Counted from the stretch's first letter, positions 1-8,828 are shown. The stretch: 20,000 nucleotides of DNA from Candidatus Aminicenantales bacterium (GCA_049515535.1 JBEKTZ010000004.1:181462-201461); one strand, 5' to 3'. The notes: generated by a model not told the origin, from the sequence alone. A program made the numbers and translations.

Positions 1-27
1 CCCGACGATCAAGACCTGTTTTCTCAT
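1..27 (-). CDS. 5' end of an unidentified gene running off the window (MRKQVLIVG...)
   Basis: ATG at 27-25 is preceded on the minus strand by a GAGGATGGAG RBS-like sequence and lies 12 bp after the stop of the upstream gene. Only 9 codons are visible. Confidence 0.5.
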
Positions 28-39
28 GATCTCCATCCT

Positions 40-837
40 CTAAAAAAGCACGACCGCCTTGATTGAAGCCCCATAGTCCACGTCCAGGCCTCCTCCTGTT
101 TTTTTGTAGGGGAGAGCCGTGATTTCCGCTTTAAGATTGAACGTCTCGGAGGGATTGAAGGTCGTTCCGAAAGCGATCCCGATCGACCCTCCTCCCGAGA
201 TCGTTTTCTCCTCCGTTCCCGTAAGCTCCTGGACGGTTTCGGCCATGGAGAAAGTTCCCCATAATTTGTTGTACGAAATCGCGAGAAACGGAATGAAATC
301 TTCATATCCGGTGTAGCGGATCACGGGTCCTATTTCGGCCCGTTGCCAACGCCCTTTTCCATTCAACGAGCCCGTTTGATTGAGGCCGCTGATGGCCAAC
401 TCTTTTTGGCGGCCCAAGGACATGACGAATTGGGCCTGCACGCCAATCTCATAAGGGTCTATGGAAAAAAGAGTTTTATCGAGGTCGGCCCCCCAAAAAA
501 AACAGCCGATGTTCCCGGCTTCATAATCGATGGAAAAAGGAAGCTGTCGGAAGACCGTGCCGTTGAAATTCGAAAGACTGTAACCTCCGAAAAGGCCGAG
601 CAGGAAGCCCTTCTGGAGTTCGATTTCCGCCCTGAGGAAGCCGATGGAGGTTTTCAGCTTGGAAGACAATTGGCCCTCGTCCCAAACGATCGTCCGGGAA
701 AAATATTCGACCCCGAGACCGGGCTTGATCCGTATCCCTCCGATCTCATTGTCCTGAGCGCGGACGTCAACCGGCCGGAAAATGATTGCGCTGAGGCAAG
801 CGAAACAGACGACGGCCGCAATGCGTTTTAAGGGCAT
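40..837 (-). CDS. Putative outer-membrane beta-barrel protein, function unknown (265 aa)
   Basis: N-terminal signal peptide (..VRA/QD), alternating hydrophobic Gly/aromatic-rich beta-strand segments, and a C-terminal YGASIKAVVLF ending in Phe (beta-signal-like). Lies directly downstream of bamD. Confidence 0.65.
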   Translation of the reverse strand: MPLKRIAAVVCFACLSAIIFRPVDVRAQDNEIGGIRIKPGLGVEYFSRTIVWDEGQLSSKLKTSIGFLRAEIELQKGFLLGLFGGYSLSNFNGTVFRQLPFSIDYEAGNIGCFFWGADLDKTLFSIDPYEIGVQAQFVMSLGRQKELAISGLNQTGSLNGKGRWQRAEIGPVIRYTGYEDFIPFLAISYNKLWGTFSMAETVQELTGTEEKTISGGGSIGIAFGTTFNPSETFNLKAEITALPYKKTGGGLDVDYGASIKAVVLF

Positions 838-848
838 GAGGGACTTCC

Positions 849-1643
849 TTATTTCTTTGTTTTGGGCTTAATCGTTTCGATCTCTTTCAGCCGGTCCTGG
901 GCTTTCGCGGCGAATTTGCTTTTCGGGTAATCGGAGACGAGCTTCGTGAAAAAGGGTTTGCTTTGATCGACGAGTTTCATTTTGAAATTCGAATCTCCCA
1001 AATAGAAATAAATCTTGTCCAATCCCGTATAGGCCGGATAATTGGTCAGGACCTCTTTCAAACGGTTAATCGCTGCGCTGAAAGCTTCGATCCGATAGTA
1101 TTGAAGTCCAATCAGAAATGTGCTTTCGGCCAAGTGCTCTTCGCAGTCCTTTGTCTTTTCCCGGGCGAGTTTGGCTTCCTCGGAAAGGGGATAAGCGGCA
1201 ATCGTTTTTCTAAATTCCGCGAGGGCCTGGACTGTTTTTTGCTGATCCCGGCCCGGCGAAAGGATCTTTTCATAAAAACACAGAGCGATTCGGTATTGGG
1301 CATAAGGAGTGGACGGGCTGAGAGGATTTTCCGAGATGAAGGCCCGGTATTCGGAGGCGGCCAGGATCAAGTTGCCTTCGTCTCCTTCATTGAAATAGGA
1401 GTCGGCGATGGCCAGCTTGGCTCTCTGGGCATAGAAGCTTTTGGGAAACGAATCGATCACCTGCCTAAAATAGAGACGCGCTTTTTCCGGATCTTTTTTC
1501 AGGGCCTTCTGGCCTTCGTTGAACAACGCTTCATCGGTCGAGGAAGCGGGAGAAGCCGGAGTGACCTCGATTTTCTTGCCCGCGCAGGCGCCGGCCGCGA
1601 GGCCGATAAGTATGATCAAGACGGCGGTTGTTGTGCGTTTCAT
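849..1643 (-). CDS. bamD: Outer membrane protein assembly factor BamD (TPR lipoprotein)
   Basis: Lipobox LAAGAC, TPR-like repeats, and BamD/YfiO-type motifs (FPKSFYAQRAKLAIADSYF, YAQYRIALCFY, RDQQKTVQALAEF, AAINRLKEVLTNYP). Confidence 0.9.
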   Translation of the reverse strand: MKRTTTAVLIILIGLAAGACAGKKIEVTPASPASSTDEALFNEGQKALKKDPEKARLYFRQVIDSFPKSFYAQRAKLAIADSYFNEGDEGNLILAASEYRAFISENPLSPSTPYAQYRIALCFYEKILSPGRDQQKTVQALAEFRKTIAAYPLSEEAKLAREKTKDCEEHLAESTFLIGLQYYRIEAFSAAINRLKEVLTNYPAYTGLDKIYFYLGDSNFKMKLVDQSKPFFTKLVSDYPKSKFAAKAQDRLKEIETIKPKTKK

Positions 1644-2617
1644 AATAGCTGTCCTTTTTTGTTCGATGGCCGCGAGTCGGGATAAAGCTCCTTAATCCAT
1701 TCCCATTCCCTGCGGAGCCCTTCTTCGAGCGTCACCTTTGGCCGGAAGGCCAGATCTCTGCGCGCTTTGTCGATTTGAGCGAAGGTGTGAAGGACGTCGC
1801 CTTTTTGACATTCCTCCCGTTTGATTCTGACCGGTTTCCCGCAGATCCGTTCGAAGAGCGGAAAAAGGCGGTCGAGCGTCTCCCTGTGTCCGCCTCCGAT
1901 ATTGTAAACCTGGCCGATCTTGCCTTTATCGAGGGCCGCGACATTGGCCTCGACGATGTCGTCCACGTAAGTGAAATCTCGCGTCTGCAGGCCGTCGCCG
2001 AAGATCGTGATCTTTTGATGGTCTTTGATGGCCTTGAAAAACTTGTGAAAGGCCATGTCGGGTCTTTGCCCGGGACCGTAAACTGTGAAGAACCTGAGAG
2101 AGACCGTCGGGACGCCGTAGTTTTTGAAGTAGAGAAAGCACATCTGTTCGGCCGCCAGCTTGGTCACGCCGTAAGGAGAAAGGGGGCGGGGGAAACTGGT
2201 TTCGGTCATCGGAAGGTCGGAGGTCAGGCCATAGACGGAAGACGAGGACGCGAAAATGATCTTTTGAAGCGGAATGTCTTTCGCGGCCTCCAAGAGCTTT
2301 TGCGTGACATGAATGTTGTTTTTCAGGTAAATGGAAAAATTATTCCCCCAACTTGCCCGGACGCCGGCCTGAGCGGCCAAATGAAAAACGGCATCGGCGG
2401 ACGTCAATATTTTTCTCAGGGGGATTTCGTCGAGATCTCCGGGAATCAACTTGAAATGTCTTGAAGCCGAGAGAGGGGCGATATTTCGCTCCTTGATCCA
2501 GCGCGGGTAATAATCCGTGAAACAGTCAATGCCGGTGACGGAACATCCCTCTTGGAGGAGGCGCCGGCTGAGATGGGACCCGATGAACCCTGCCGCTCCC
2601 GTAACGATGATCTTCAT
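1640..2617 (-). CDS. NAD-dependent NDP-sugar epimerase/dehydratase (extended SDR; UDP-glucose or UDP-glucuronate 4-epimerase-like), 325 aa
   Basis: True start is MKIIVTGAAGFIGS at 2617, with an ATGA overlap on the rpe stop. Motifs HLAAQAGVR, ASSSSVYG, catalytic YGVTK (YxxxK), RFFTVYGPGQRPDMA and RDFTYVDD. Confidence 0.92.
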   Translation of the reverse strand: MKIIVTGAAGFIGSHLSRRLLQEGCSVTGIDCFTDYYPRWIKERNIAPLSASRHFKLIPGDLDEIPLRKILTSADAVFHLAAQAGVRASWGNNFSIYLKNNIHVTQKLLEAAKDIPLQKIIFASSSSVYGLTSDLPMTETSFPRPLSPYGVTKLAAEQMCFLYFKNYGVPTVSLRFFTVYGPGQRPDMAFHKFFKAIKDHQKITIFGDGLQTRDFTYVDDIVEANVAALDKGKIGQVYNIGGGHRETLDRLFPLFERICGKPVRIKREECQKGDVLHTFAQIDKARRDLAFRPKVTLEEGLRREWEWIKELYPDSRPSNKKGQLL

Positions 2618-3282
2618 GAGGCATCGGCTCTCCGGGCCGTCTCCCTCATCCTCCGGATCGCCTCCCGGGGGTCGGGATGGTTGAAAACGGCGTTCCCGGC
2701 GACGAAGATCTCGGCCCCGTCGTTCATAAGGACGTTCATATTCTGAAGACCCACCCCTCCGTCGATCTCGATGAGAGTTTTCAGGCCACGTTCCCCTATG
2801 CGGCGGCGAAGAGCGCGGATCTTTTCCCGCGAACTTTCGATGAACGGTTGGCTTCCGCGACCGGGGTTGACGCACATCAGAAGGACGAAATCGATGGCCG
2901 GAAGAATGTCCTCCAGAGCATGGAGGGGAGTGGCGGGGTTGAGGGCCACGCCGGCTTTTCGTCCGGCTTCACGGATCAGGGAAATGTCGCGGTGAAGATG
3001 CGTGGAGGCTTCGGCGTGGATCGAAACCCAGTCGGCGCCGGCTTCCAGGAACCAAGGCACGACCTCCGCGGGATTGTCGACCATAAGGTGGACGTCGAGA
3101 GGAAGAGATGTTTTTTCTTTGAGCAAGCGCACGAGTCGAGGCCCGAATGTCAAATTGGGGACGTAATGTCCATCCATGATATCGACATGAATCAAGTCGG
3201 CCCCGGCGGTCTCGACCAACTTGGCCGCCTCTTCGAGTCTGGTGAAGTCCGCAGACAGAAGGGAAGGCGCGATATAGATCAT
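2614..3282 (-). CDS. rpe: Ribulose-phosphate 3-epimerase (222 aa)
   Basis: Start MIYIAPSLLSADF at 3282; motifs HVDIMDGHYVPNLTFG, DVHLMV, LNPATP, EIDGG and VAGNAVF. Confidence 0.96.
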   Translation of the reverse strand: MIYIAPSLLSADFTRLEEAAKLVETAGADLIHVDIMDGHYVPNLTFGPRLVRLLKEKTSLPLDVHLMVDNPAEVVPWFLEAGADWVSIHAEASTHLHRDISLIREAGRKAGVALNPATPLHALEDILPAIDFVLLMCVNPGRGSQPFIESSREKIRALRRRIGERGLKTLIEIDGGVGLQNMNVLMNDGAEIFVAGNAVFNHPDPREAIRRMRETARRADAS

Positions 3283-3283
3283 A

Positions 3284-4000
3284 TTACTTGCTGACCTCAA
3301 GAGTGATCTGGCTGCGTTTCTGGACGCGGTACCCGTGCGCGGGGGACTGATTGATGATGATTCCCGGTTCGAGGCCGTGATAATAACCATAATGAATTTC
3401 CGCCACCTGGAAATCCATGGCCTTGAGTTGCTGGATGACGGAAACCGCCTTCTTTTCGATAAGGTCGGGCATGATATAGCGGTTTTCCCAGGCCCCCTGG
3501 CTGATGAGAAAATTCACGGACGCGTTCCGGTCGGCCGTTTCCGAAGCCGGCGGCATTTGGGCGATGATCCGGCCCGCGGCGTACTGGGGCGTGTGGATCT
3601 GGGAACTTCGGCCTTTGCGCAGACCCGCGGCCTTCAGGACTTGATTCGCGTATTCCAGGCTGTGCCCTTCGAGCTTGGGGATGGAGACGCTTTCGTTTCC
3701 CTCGGAGATCATGACGTTTACGGTCCGGTTCGCTTTTATGCGAGAACCCGGGCCAGGATCATGGGAAATGATCCGGCCTTTTTCATAATGGCTGTCGAAT
3801 TGACGGCCCTGGATCGCGATCGTCGTTTTCTTCGAGGTCAGCATAGCGCGCGCTTCTTCAAGATTCTTGCCTTTGAGGTCGGGCAGGATGATGAGTTCGC
3901 CCCGAAGGATGAGCTGGGAGGTGAGGTTGGCGGTGATGAAGAACAGAATGAAGTAAATGAGAAGGTAAAAGGCATAGTCAATTGGTTTCTTTTTTGGCAT
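3284..4000 (-). CDS. Membrane-anchored protein with three PASTA domains, no kinase domain
   Basis: N-terminal TM helix followed by three ~65-aa repeats starting LPDLKGK, IPKLEGH and MPDLIEK, each with G.II.Q.P..G/S and V...IS.G-like motifs. Confidence 0.88.
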   Translation of the reverse strand: MPKKKPIDYAFYLLIYFILFFITANLTSQLILRGELIILPDLKGKNLEEARAMLTSKKTTIAIQGRQFDSHYEKGRIISHDPGPGSRIKANRTVNVMISEGNESVSIPKLEGHSLEYANQVLKAAGLRKGRSSQIHTPQYAAGRIIAQMPPASETADRNASVNFLISQGAWENRYIMPDLIEKKAVSVIQQLKAMDFQVAEIHYGYYHGLEPGIIINQSPAHGYRVQKRSQITLEVSK

Positions 4001-4122
4001 GAATTTTCAGTCGGCCAACCGCCAAATCATCTATACCATATAATGATAACCTAGTAAACAGGCAAAAGGTTGCCCGGTTTTATCGCCGGCGGGCTCTTTC
4101 GGATGTGCCTTGATTTCTTTTT

Positions 4123-4131
4123 TGATATAAT
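4123..4131 (+). promoter_or_regulatory. Extended -10 sigma70 promoter element for the threonine aldolase gene
   Basis: TG-A-TATAAT at 4123-4131; AAGGAG RBS ahead of the ATG at 4158. Confidence 0.6.
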
Positions 4132-4157
4132 AGGCCGGGCTTATCAAGGAGAAAAAA

Positions 4158-5192
4158 ATGCATAAATATTCCGATTTTCGAAGCGATACGGTCACGACGC
4201 CGACGCCAAAAATGCGTCAGGCTATGGCCGAGGCGGAGGTCGGAGACGACGTCATCGGCATCGACCCGACCGTCGTCAGGCTCGAAGAACTGGCCGCCGC
4301 GACCATGGGCAAAGAGGCCGGCCTTTTCTGCCCTTCGGGAACCATGGGCAATTCCATCGCCGTGAAAGTCTGGACGCAGGAACTTCAGGAAGTCATCGTC
4401 GAGGCGCGTTCTCATATTTACAATTTGGAATCCACCCATATGACGTTCATTTCGCGAGTGACGCCCCGGCCCATCCCCTCCGAGCGGGGCGCCATGGACC
4501 CTGTCGATATCGAAGCCCAGATCAAGATCCCCAACGTCCATACGCCTAGGACGTCGCTCATTTGCGTCGAGAACACGCACAACAACCATAGCGGGGCGGT
4601 TCTGCCGATCGAGAACTTGAAATCGATCAGGCGGCTCGCCGATCGACGCGGCCTCAAGGTCCATATGGATGGGGCCCGGATCTTCAACGCCGGCACGGCT
4701 TCGGGCGTCCCGGTGAAGGCCTATGCCGAATGCGCCGATTCCGTCATGTTCTGCTTGTCCAAGGGGCTTTGCGCGCCCGTCGGCTCAATGCTCGTCGGGC
4801 CCAGGGATTTCATCGATTACGGCCGCCGGATCCGCAAAGCGCTGGGCGGCGGAATGCGGCAGGTCGGAGTCCTCGCGGCTCCGGGACTCATTGCCCTGAC
4901 GGAAATGCCAGGCCGGTTGAAAGACGATCATGGACGAGCCCAAAAGCTGGCCCGGGCGATCGCCGGCCTTCCGGGCATAACCCTTGACCCGGCCAAAATA
5001 GAAACCAATATCATCATTTTCGGATTTTCCCATCCGCGCTATTCGGCGGTTCAATTCCTGGACGAGATGAAACGGAAAGGGGTTCTGGCGATGACCACGG
5101 CGGGGGGCATCCGCTTTGTCACCCATAACGACATCGATGACGCGGACGTGGATCGGGCGATCGCGGCGTTCACGGAAGTCCTGACAAATTAG
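4158..5192 (+). CDS. ltaE: Low-specificity L-threonine aldolase (PLP-dependent)
   Basis: Motifs DFRSDTVTTPT, VGDDV, PSGTMGN, ENTHN, HMDGARIFNA, PLP-lysine CLSKGLCAPVGS and GGGMRQVG. Confidence 0.93.
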   Translation: MHKYSDFRSDTVTTPTPKMRQAMAEAEVGDDVIGIDPTVVRLEELAAATMGKEAGLFCPSGTMGNSIAVKVWTQELQEVIVEARSHIYNLESTHMTFISRVTPRPIPSERGAMDPVDIEAQIKIPNVHTPRTSLICVENTHNNHSGAVLPIENLKSIRRLADRRGLKVHMDGARIFNAGTASGVPVKAYAECADSVMFCLSKGLCAPVGSMLVGPRDFIDYGRRIRKALGGGMRQVGVLAAPGLIALTEMPGRLKDDHGRAQKLARAIAGLPGITLDPAKIETNIIIFGFSHPRYSAVQFLDEMKRKGVLAMTTAGGIRFVTHNDIDDADVDRAIAAFTEVLTN

Positions 5193-5242
5193 CGCGGCGG
5201 GATCATCCCGCGGCGGCCTCGGATATCAGGACGGCGATGTCC

Positions 5243-5427
5243 TTGACGAGCGGCGAATATGCCTCGCGGCTTGCCGCGGGGAGCCGCTCGTGGGGGTTCC
5301 AGAGGGGGCATGCCCCCTTGGTCGCAGGGCGGGGTCCATGCCCCGCCCGAGAAGGGGGGCAGGGCGACCGGGTCTTCCCGGTGCCCGTTGGAGGGGGAAC
5401 GCGAAGCGGTCCCCCCCCAAAGTTGAC
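5243..5427. repeat. GC-rich multi-hairpin element (REP/MITE/PATE-like), bounded by TTGAC direct repeats
   Basis: Five consecutive stem-loops: 5246-5291, 5303-5318, 5327-5348, 5362-5386 and 5388-5420. TTGAC occurs at 5243-5247 and 5423-5427. The right edge coincides with the point where the neighbouring gene loses protein-like character. Confidence 0.6.
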
Positions 5428-5428
5428 T

Positions 5429-5908
5429 GAGCGTCACGAATATCAGGGCCGCATAAATGATCGCGGAGTCCTTGGGTGTCGTCGCATAGGCTTTGGGCCT
5501 GATGATGAACCGTTTGACGATGAAAAACATGACCCCGCCAAGGACGAGGATGGCGAAGACGTCGACGGCGAGCGAGAAGAAATCGGCGAGAGCGCCCTAG
5601 CCGAAGAGAAAAAAATTCGGGAGAAATCCCTCGAGCGTATGGTTGATCGTCATCGTGTCGAACGTCAAGGCGCCATAAAAAATACAAACGTGCATGAAAC
5701 CCGTGAACAGCCGCTCGTTTTTCAGCGTACAGCGCTGGAAGATGATCCGGCTCAGGGCCTGGACGACGCGTTTCGCTATATGATCAAACCGGTTTTCGGG
5801 CCGGCCGGCGCGGACGATTCTCTAACGGCGGTAAAGAGGTGTCAGGAAAAGAGCGGCCGTCGCCAAGATGATCAAGAAGAAAATGATTTTTTCCGGAATA
5901 GAAAGCAT
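5429..5908 (-). pseudogene. Truncated N-terminal membrane domain of a FadF/heterodisulfide-reductase-like (Fe-S)-binding oxidoreductase, with two in-frame TAG codons
   Basis: Hand translation from ATG 5908 (RBS GAGGG): MLSIPEKIIFFLIILATAALFLTPLYRR*RIVRAGRPENRFDHIAKRVVQALSRIIFQRCTLKNERLFTGFMHVCIFYG...FLFG*GALADFFSLAVDVFAILVLGGVMFFIVKRFIIRPKAY...IFVTL. G.pE.R.D, G.MH..IF.G and R...RP motifs resemble the FadF N-terminus. TAG at 5824-5822 and 5599-5597. Confidence 0.7.
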
Positions 5909-6084
5909 CGTGATCCCTCGATTTCTTCTTTGCGAATTTTGGCGCGTGTATTTTCCAATCATTCGCCGCTCAAGTCAAGACGAGGTCGATGAGTCAAGAC
6001 GGGGGAGCGGGAATTGTGGCTGCGGCACGGGAATATGTTAGAATTTAAGGGATTTCGATATTCATCGAACCGGGAGGCAGGAGA

Positions 6085-7485
6085 ATGGTCACGAAGAAAG
6101 ACATCGCCGTCATCGGCGGCGGGCCGGGCGGATATGTGGCGGCGATCCGCTGCGCGCAGCTCAAGAAGAGAGTCGTCGTATTCGAAGAAGACGCGGTCGG
6201 CGGCACATGCATGAACTACGGCTGCATTCCTACGAAGCATCTCCTCCATCAAACCAAGATCTTCAAGGAGATCAAAGCGAGCAAGATGCTGGACGGTCCC
6301 GTGGGCCAGATCTCTTGTCACTGGCCGCGGATTCAGGAAGACAAAAGGAAGGTCGTGACCCGGCTCGTGCGCGGCGTGGAATTCCTGTTCGAGCGATACG
6401 GGATCGAGTTGGTCAGAACGAAAGCCGGGCTCAAGGACGAACGGACGATCGTCACCATGGCCGGCGGCGTCGAGAAGACCTATGAAGCGGATCGCATCAT
6501 CCTGGCGACGGGCAGCCGCGCGGCCGAGCTGCCTTTTCTGAAAATTGACGGGAGTTTGGTCGTGACGAGCCGCGAGACGCTGGAATTCGGACGAATTCCG
6601 AAACGCCTCCTCGTCGTCGGCGCGGGAGCCATCGGCATCGAGATGGGGTCGATCTACGCTCGCCTGGGAACGGACGTCACGATCCTCGAGATCATGCCCA
6701 CCGTGTTGCCCGGCTGCGACCGGGAGATGGGAGCCCGGCTGGAGATCGCCCTGAAAAAGGAGGGTTTGAAGGTTTTCACCCAGATGAGAATCGAAGCTTG
6801 CCGGAAAGGCGAGGGCGGGGTCGTCTTGACGGGGACGAACCTGAAGGATCAGGCGCCGTTCGAGTTCGAGGCTGAGCACGTCCTTCTGGCCGCGGGACGA
6901 AAAGCCAACGCGGATCGGATTCACGCCGGCTCGCCGTTCGTCGCCGTGAATGGATTTGGATGCGTCGAGGTCAACCCGAGACTCGAGACGAATATTCCCG
7001 GCATTTACGCCGTCGGCGATCTCGTCGGCGGCAAGCTCCTCGCTCATAAAGCGTCGCATGAAGGCCTGGCCGCCGCGGCCAATGCCTGCGGCGGGAGCGA
7101 ATCCGTCGATGACCGAGCGATTCCCATGGCCGTTTTCACCGACCCCGAATTCGCCTCTGTCGGATGGACGGAAGAAGAGGCCCGCCGGCAGACCGACCGG
7201 CTCCATATTGGCGTCTTCTCTTTTCAAGCCAATGGACGAGCCTTGACTATGGACAGTCCCGAAGGACAGGTCAAGATCATCGCCGGCCACGACGACCGTA
7301 TCCTGGGCGCCCATATCCTCGGACCGTCCGCGAGCGATCTCATCGCCGAATTGACGCTGGCCCTCCGTCTCGGACTCAAGGTCCGCGACGTAGCCGGGAC
7401 GATCCATATTCATCCCACGCTCAGCGAAGCCGTCATGGAAGCGGCGCTCAAAGTCAACGGTGAAGCGATCCATGCCCTGAATTGA
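6085..7485 (+). CDS. lpdA: Dihydrolipoyl dehydrogenase (E3)
   Basis: GGGPGGYVAAIR, redox disulfide GGTCMNYGCIPTK, VGAGAIGIE, LAHKASHEG, and C-terminal HIHPTLSE. Confidence 0.96.
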   Translation: MVTKKDIAVIGGGPGGYVAAIRCAQLKKRVVVFEEDAVGGTCMNYGCIPTKHLLHQTKIFKEIKASKMLDGPVGQISCHWPRIQEDKRKVVTRLVRGVEFLFERYGIELVRTKAGLKDERTIVTMAGGVEKTYEADRIILATGSRAAELPFLKIDGSLVVTSRETLEFGRIPKRLLVVGAGAIGIEMGSIYARLGTDVTILEIMPTVLPGCDREMGARLEIALKKEGLKVFTQMRIEACRKGEGGVVLTGTNLKDQAPFEFEAEHVLLAAGRKANADRIHAGSPFVAVNGFGCVEVNPRLETNIPGIYAVGDLVGGKLLAHKASHEGLAAAANACGGSESVDDRAIPMAVFTDPEFASVGWTEEEARRQTDRLHIGVFSFQANGRALTMDSPEGQVKIIAGHDDRILGAHILGPSASDLIAELTLALRLGLKVRDVAGTIHIHPTLSEAVMEAALKVNGEAIHALN

Positions 7486-7492
7486 ACCGCGA

Positions 7493-7521
7493 TTGCAAAA
7501 AACCGGGTGTTCACATAAAAT
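7493..7521 (+). promoter_or_regulatory. Sigma70-type promoter for the nuo operon
   Basis: TTGCAA (7493-7498), 17-bp spacer, TAAAAT (7516-7521). Confidence 0.6.
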
Positions 7522-7539
7522 GGCTGGGCGCAGAGATGG

Positions 7540-7887
7540 ATGAGGATGGAGCTTTTTCTCGTTTTTTTGATTTTCGGTCTTATGGGCGTCGTCATGATCT
7601 CCATGAACGCTCTGTTCGGGCCGAAGAAGACCAACCCGGCCAAGGAACAGCCTTTTGAATGCGGCAATCCGCCGCTCCAGGACGGAATCAAGACGTTTCC
7701 GGTAAAATTCTCATTGGTCGCGTTTCTTTTCCTTCTCTTTGACGTCGAAGCCGTTTTTTTCTTTCCCTGGGCGCTGATCTTCAAGGAAAAGAAGGGCCCG
7801 GCGCTGGCGGTTATTCTGATATACGCCGGCATTCTCGCGGCCGGGTTTATTTACGCCTGGAAAAAGGGCGCGTTCGACTGGGAATGA
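7540..7887 (+). CDS. nuoA: NADH-quinone oxidoreductase subunit A (start may be 7546)
   Basis: Three TM helices; [21 protein letters not shown] and [11 protein letters not shown]. Confidence 0.95.
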   Translation: MRMELFLVFLIFGLMGVVMISMNALFGPKKTNPAKEQPFECGNPPLQDGIKTFPVKFSLVAFLFLLFDVEAVFFFPWALIFKEKKGPALAVILIYAGILAAGFIYAWKKGAFDWE

Positions 7888-8369
7888 TATCGATGCCGGG
7901 CCATTTTGTGACGACCCGTTTCAACCACGTCCTGGGCTGGGCGAGAAAGTTCTCGCTGTTCCATTATCCCTATGTCACGGCCTGTTGCGGGATGGAATAC
8001 ATGTCCACGGCCTGCGCTCATTTCGACATCGACCGTTTCGGCGCCGGGATGACCCGTTTTTCGCCAAGGCAATCCGACCTTCTTTTGGTCGTCGGCACGG
8101 TCACCCAGAAGCTCGCGCCGGTCCTCAAGACCGTCTATGACCAGATGACCGAGCCCAAATGGGTCATCGCTTTCGGGGCCTGCGCCGTGAGCGGCGGCAT
8201 TTACGACAACTACGCCGTCGTCCAGGGGATTGACCAAATCATTCCCGTCGACGTTTTCATCCCCGGCTGCCCGCCGCGGCCCGAGATGGTCCTGGACGGG
8301 CTTCTCAAACTCCAGGACAAGATCCAGAAACAGGAGCACGACTGGCGATGGAAGAGAAGAAAGCCCTAA
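7884..8369 (+). CDS. nuoB: NADH-quinone oxidoreductase subunit B
   Basis: [33 protein letters not shown] and [14 protein letters not shown] (N2 cluster ligands); ATGA overlap with nuoA. Confidence 0.96.
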   Translation: MISMPGHFVTTRFNHVLGWARKFSLFHYPYVTACCGMEYMSTACAHFDIDRFGAGMTRFSPRQSDLLLVVGTVTQKLAPVLKTVYDQMTEPKWVIAFGACAVSGGIYDNYAVVQGIDQIIPVDVFIPGCPPRPEMVLDGLLKLQDKIQKQEHDWRWKRRKP

Positions 8370-8827
8370 GCGAACTCCAGAAGCGCTTTTCGGGGAACAT
8401 CCTGGATGCGTCCGCTCCTTTAGGCGATGAAACGGTCGTCATCCGCAAAGACGCGCTTCTTGAAATCGCGGAATTTTTACGAAATCCCCCGTTCGCCTTC
8501 ACGATGCTTCTGGATTTGACCTGCGTCGATTATCCCGACCGGCGGGATCGCTTTGAAATGGTCTATCATCTATTTTCACTGACCCTCAACGAGCGGATCA
8601 GGATCAAATTGGCGCTTCCGGAAAGCGCGGCCTCTGTCGCATCGCTGACCGGGCTCTGGAAAAACGCGGATTGGCTCGAGCGCGAAGCGTTCGACATGTT
8701 CGGCGTCCGCTTCGACGGCCATCCGGATTTGCGCCGCCTATTCATGGACGAAGGGTTCGCTGGCCACCCGCTCCGGAAAGACTATCCGCTGCGGAAGAGG
8801 CAGCCGGGGATCGCGCCGAGGACGTGA
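8348..8827 (+). CDS. nuoC: NADH-quinone oxidoreductase subunit C
   Basis: [39 protein letters not shown] and [10 protein letters not shown]. Confidence 0.96.
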   Translation: MEEKKALSELQKRFSGNILDASAPLGDETVVIRKDALLEIAEFLRNPPFAFTMLLDLTCVDYPDRRDRFEMVYHLFSLTLNERIRIKLALPESAASVASLTGLWKNADWLEREAFDMFGVRFDGHPDLRRLFMDEGFAGHPLRKDYPLRKRQPGIAPRT

Positions 8828-8828
8828 T

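Noticed and set aside
2618..2875. Arg-rich N-terminal extension of the epimerase (and similar extensions of rpe, nuoE, nuoF and nuoH in the ORF track)
   Set aside because: These overlap the upstream genes. Family-typical N-termini and stop/start coupling define shorter starts.
5243..5427. CRISPR array, tRNA or simple bidirectional terminator
   Set aside because: The hairpins differ in sequence, there is no repeat-spacer periodicity, no tRNA T-loop/cloverleaf consensus, and no flanking U-tracts.
5189..5530. 113-aa minus-strand ORF as an independent gene
   Set aside because: The first 34 residues are the tail of the pseudogene frame. The rest is Pro/Gly/Arg-rich read-through across the hairpin element.
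5237..5992. 251-aa plus-strand ORF
   Set aside because: It is the antisense shadow of the minus-strand FadF-like pseudogene plus the hairpin element; it has no recognisable motifs.
7499..7516. Rex operator upstream of nuoA
   Set aside because: Only a TTCACA half-site is present; there is no TTGTGAA partner at the required spacing.
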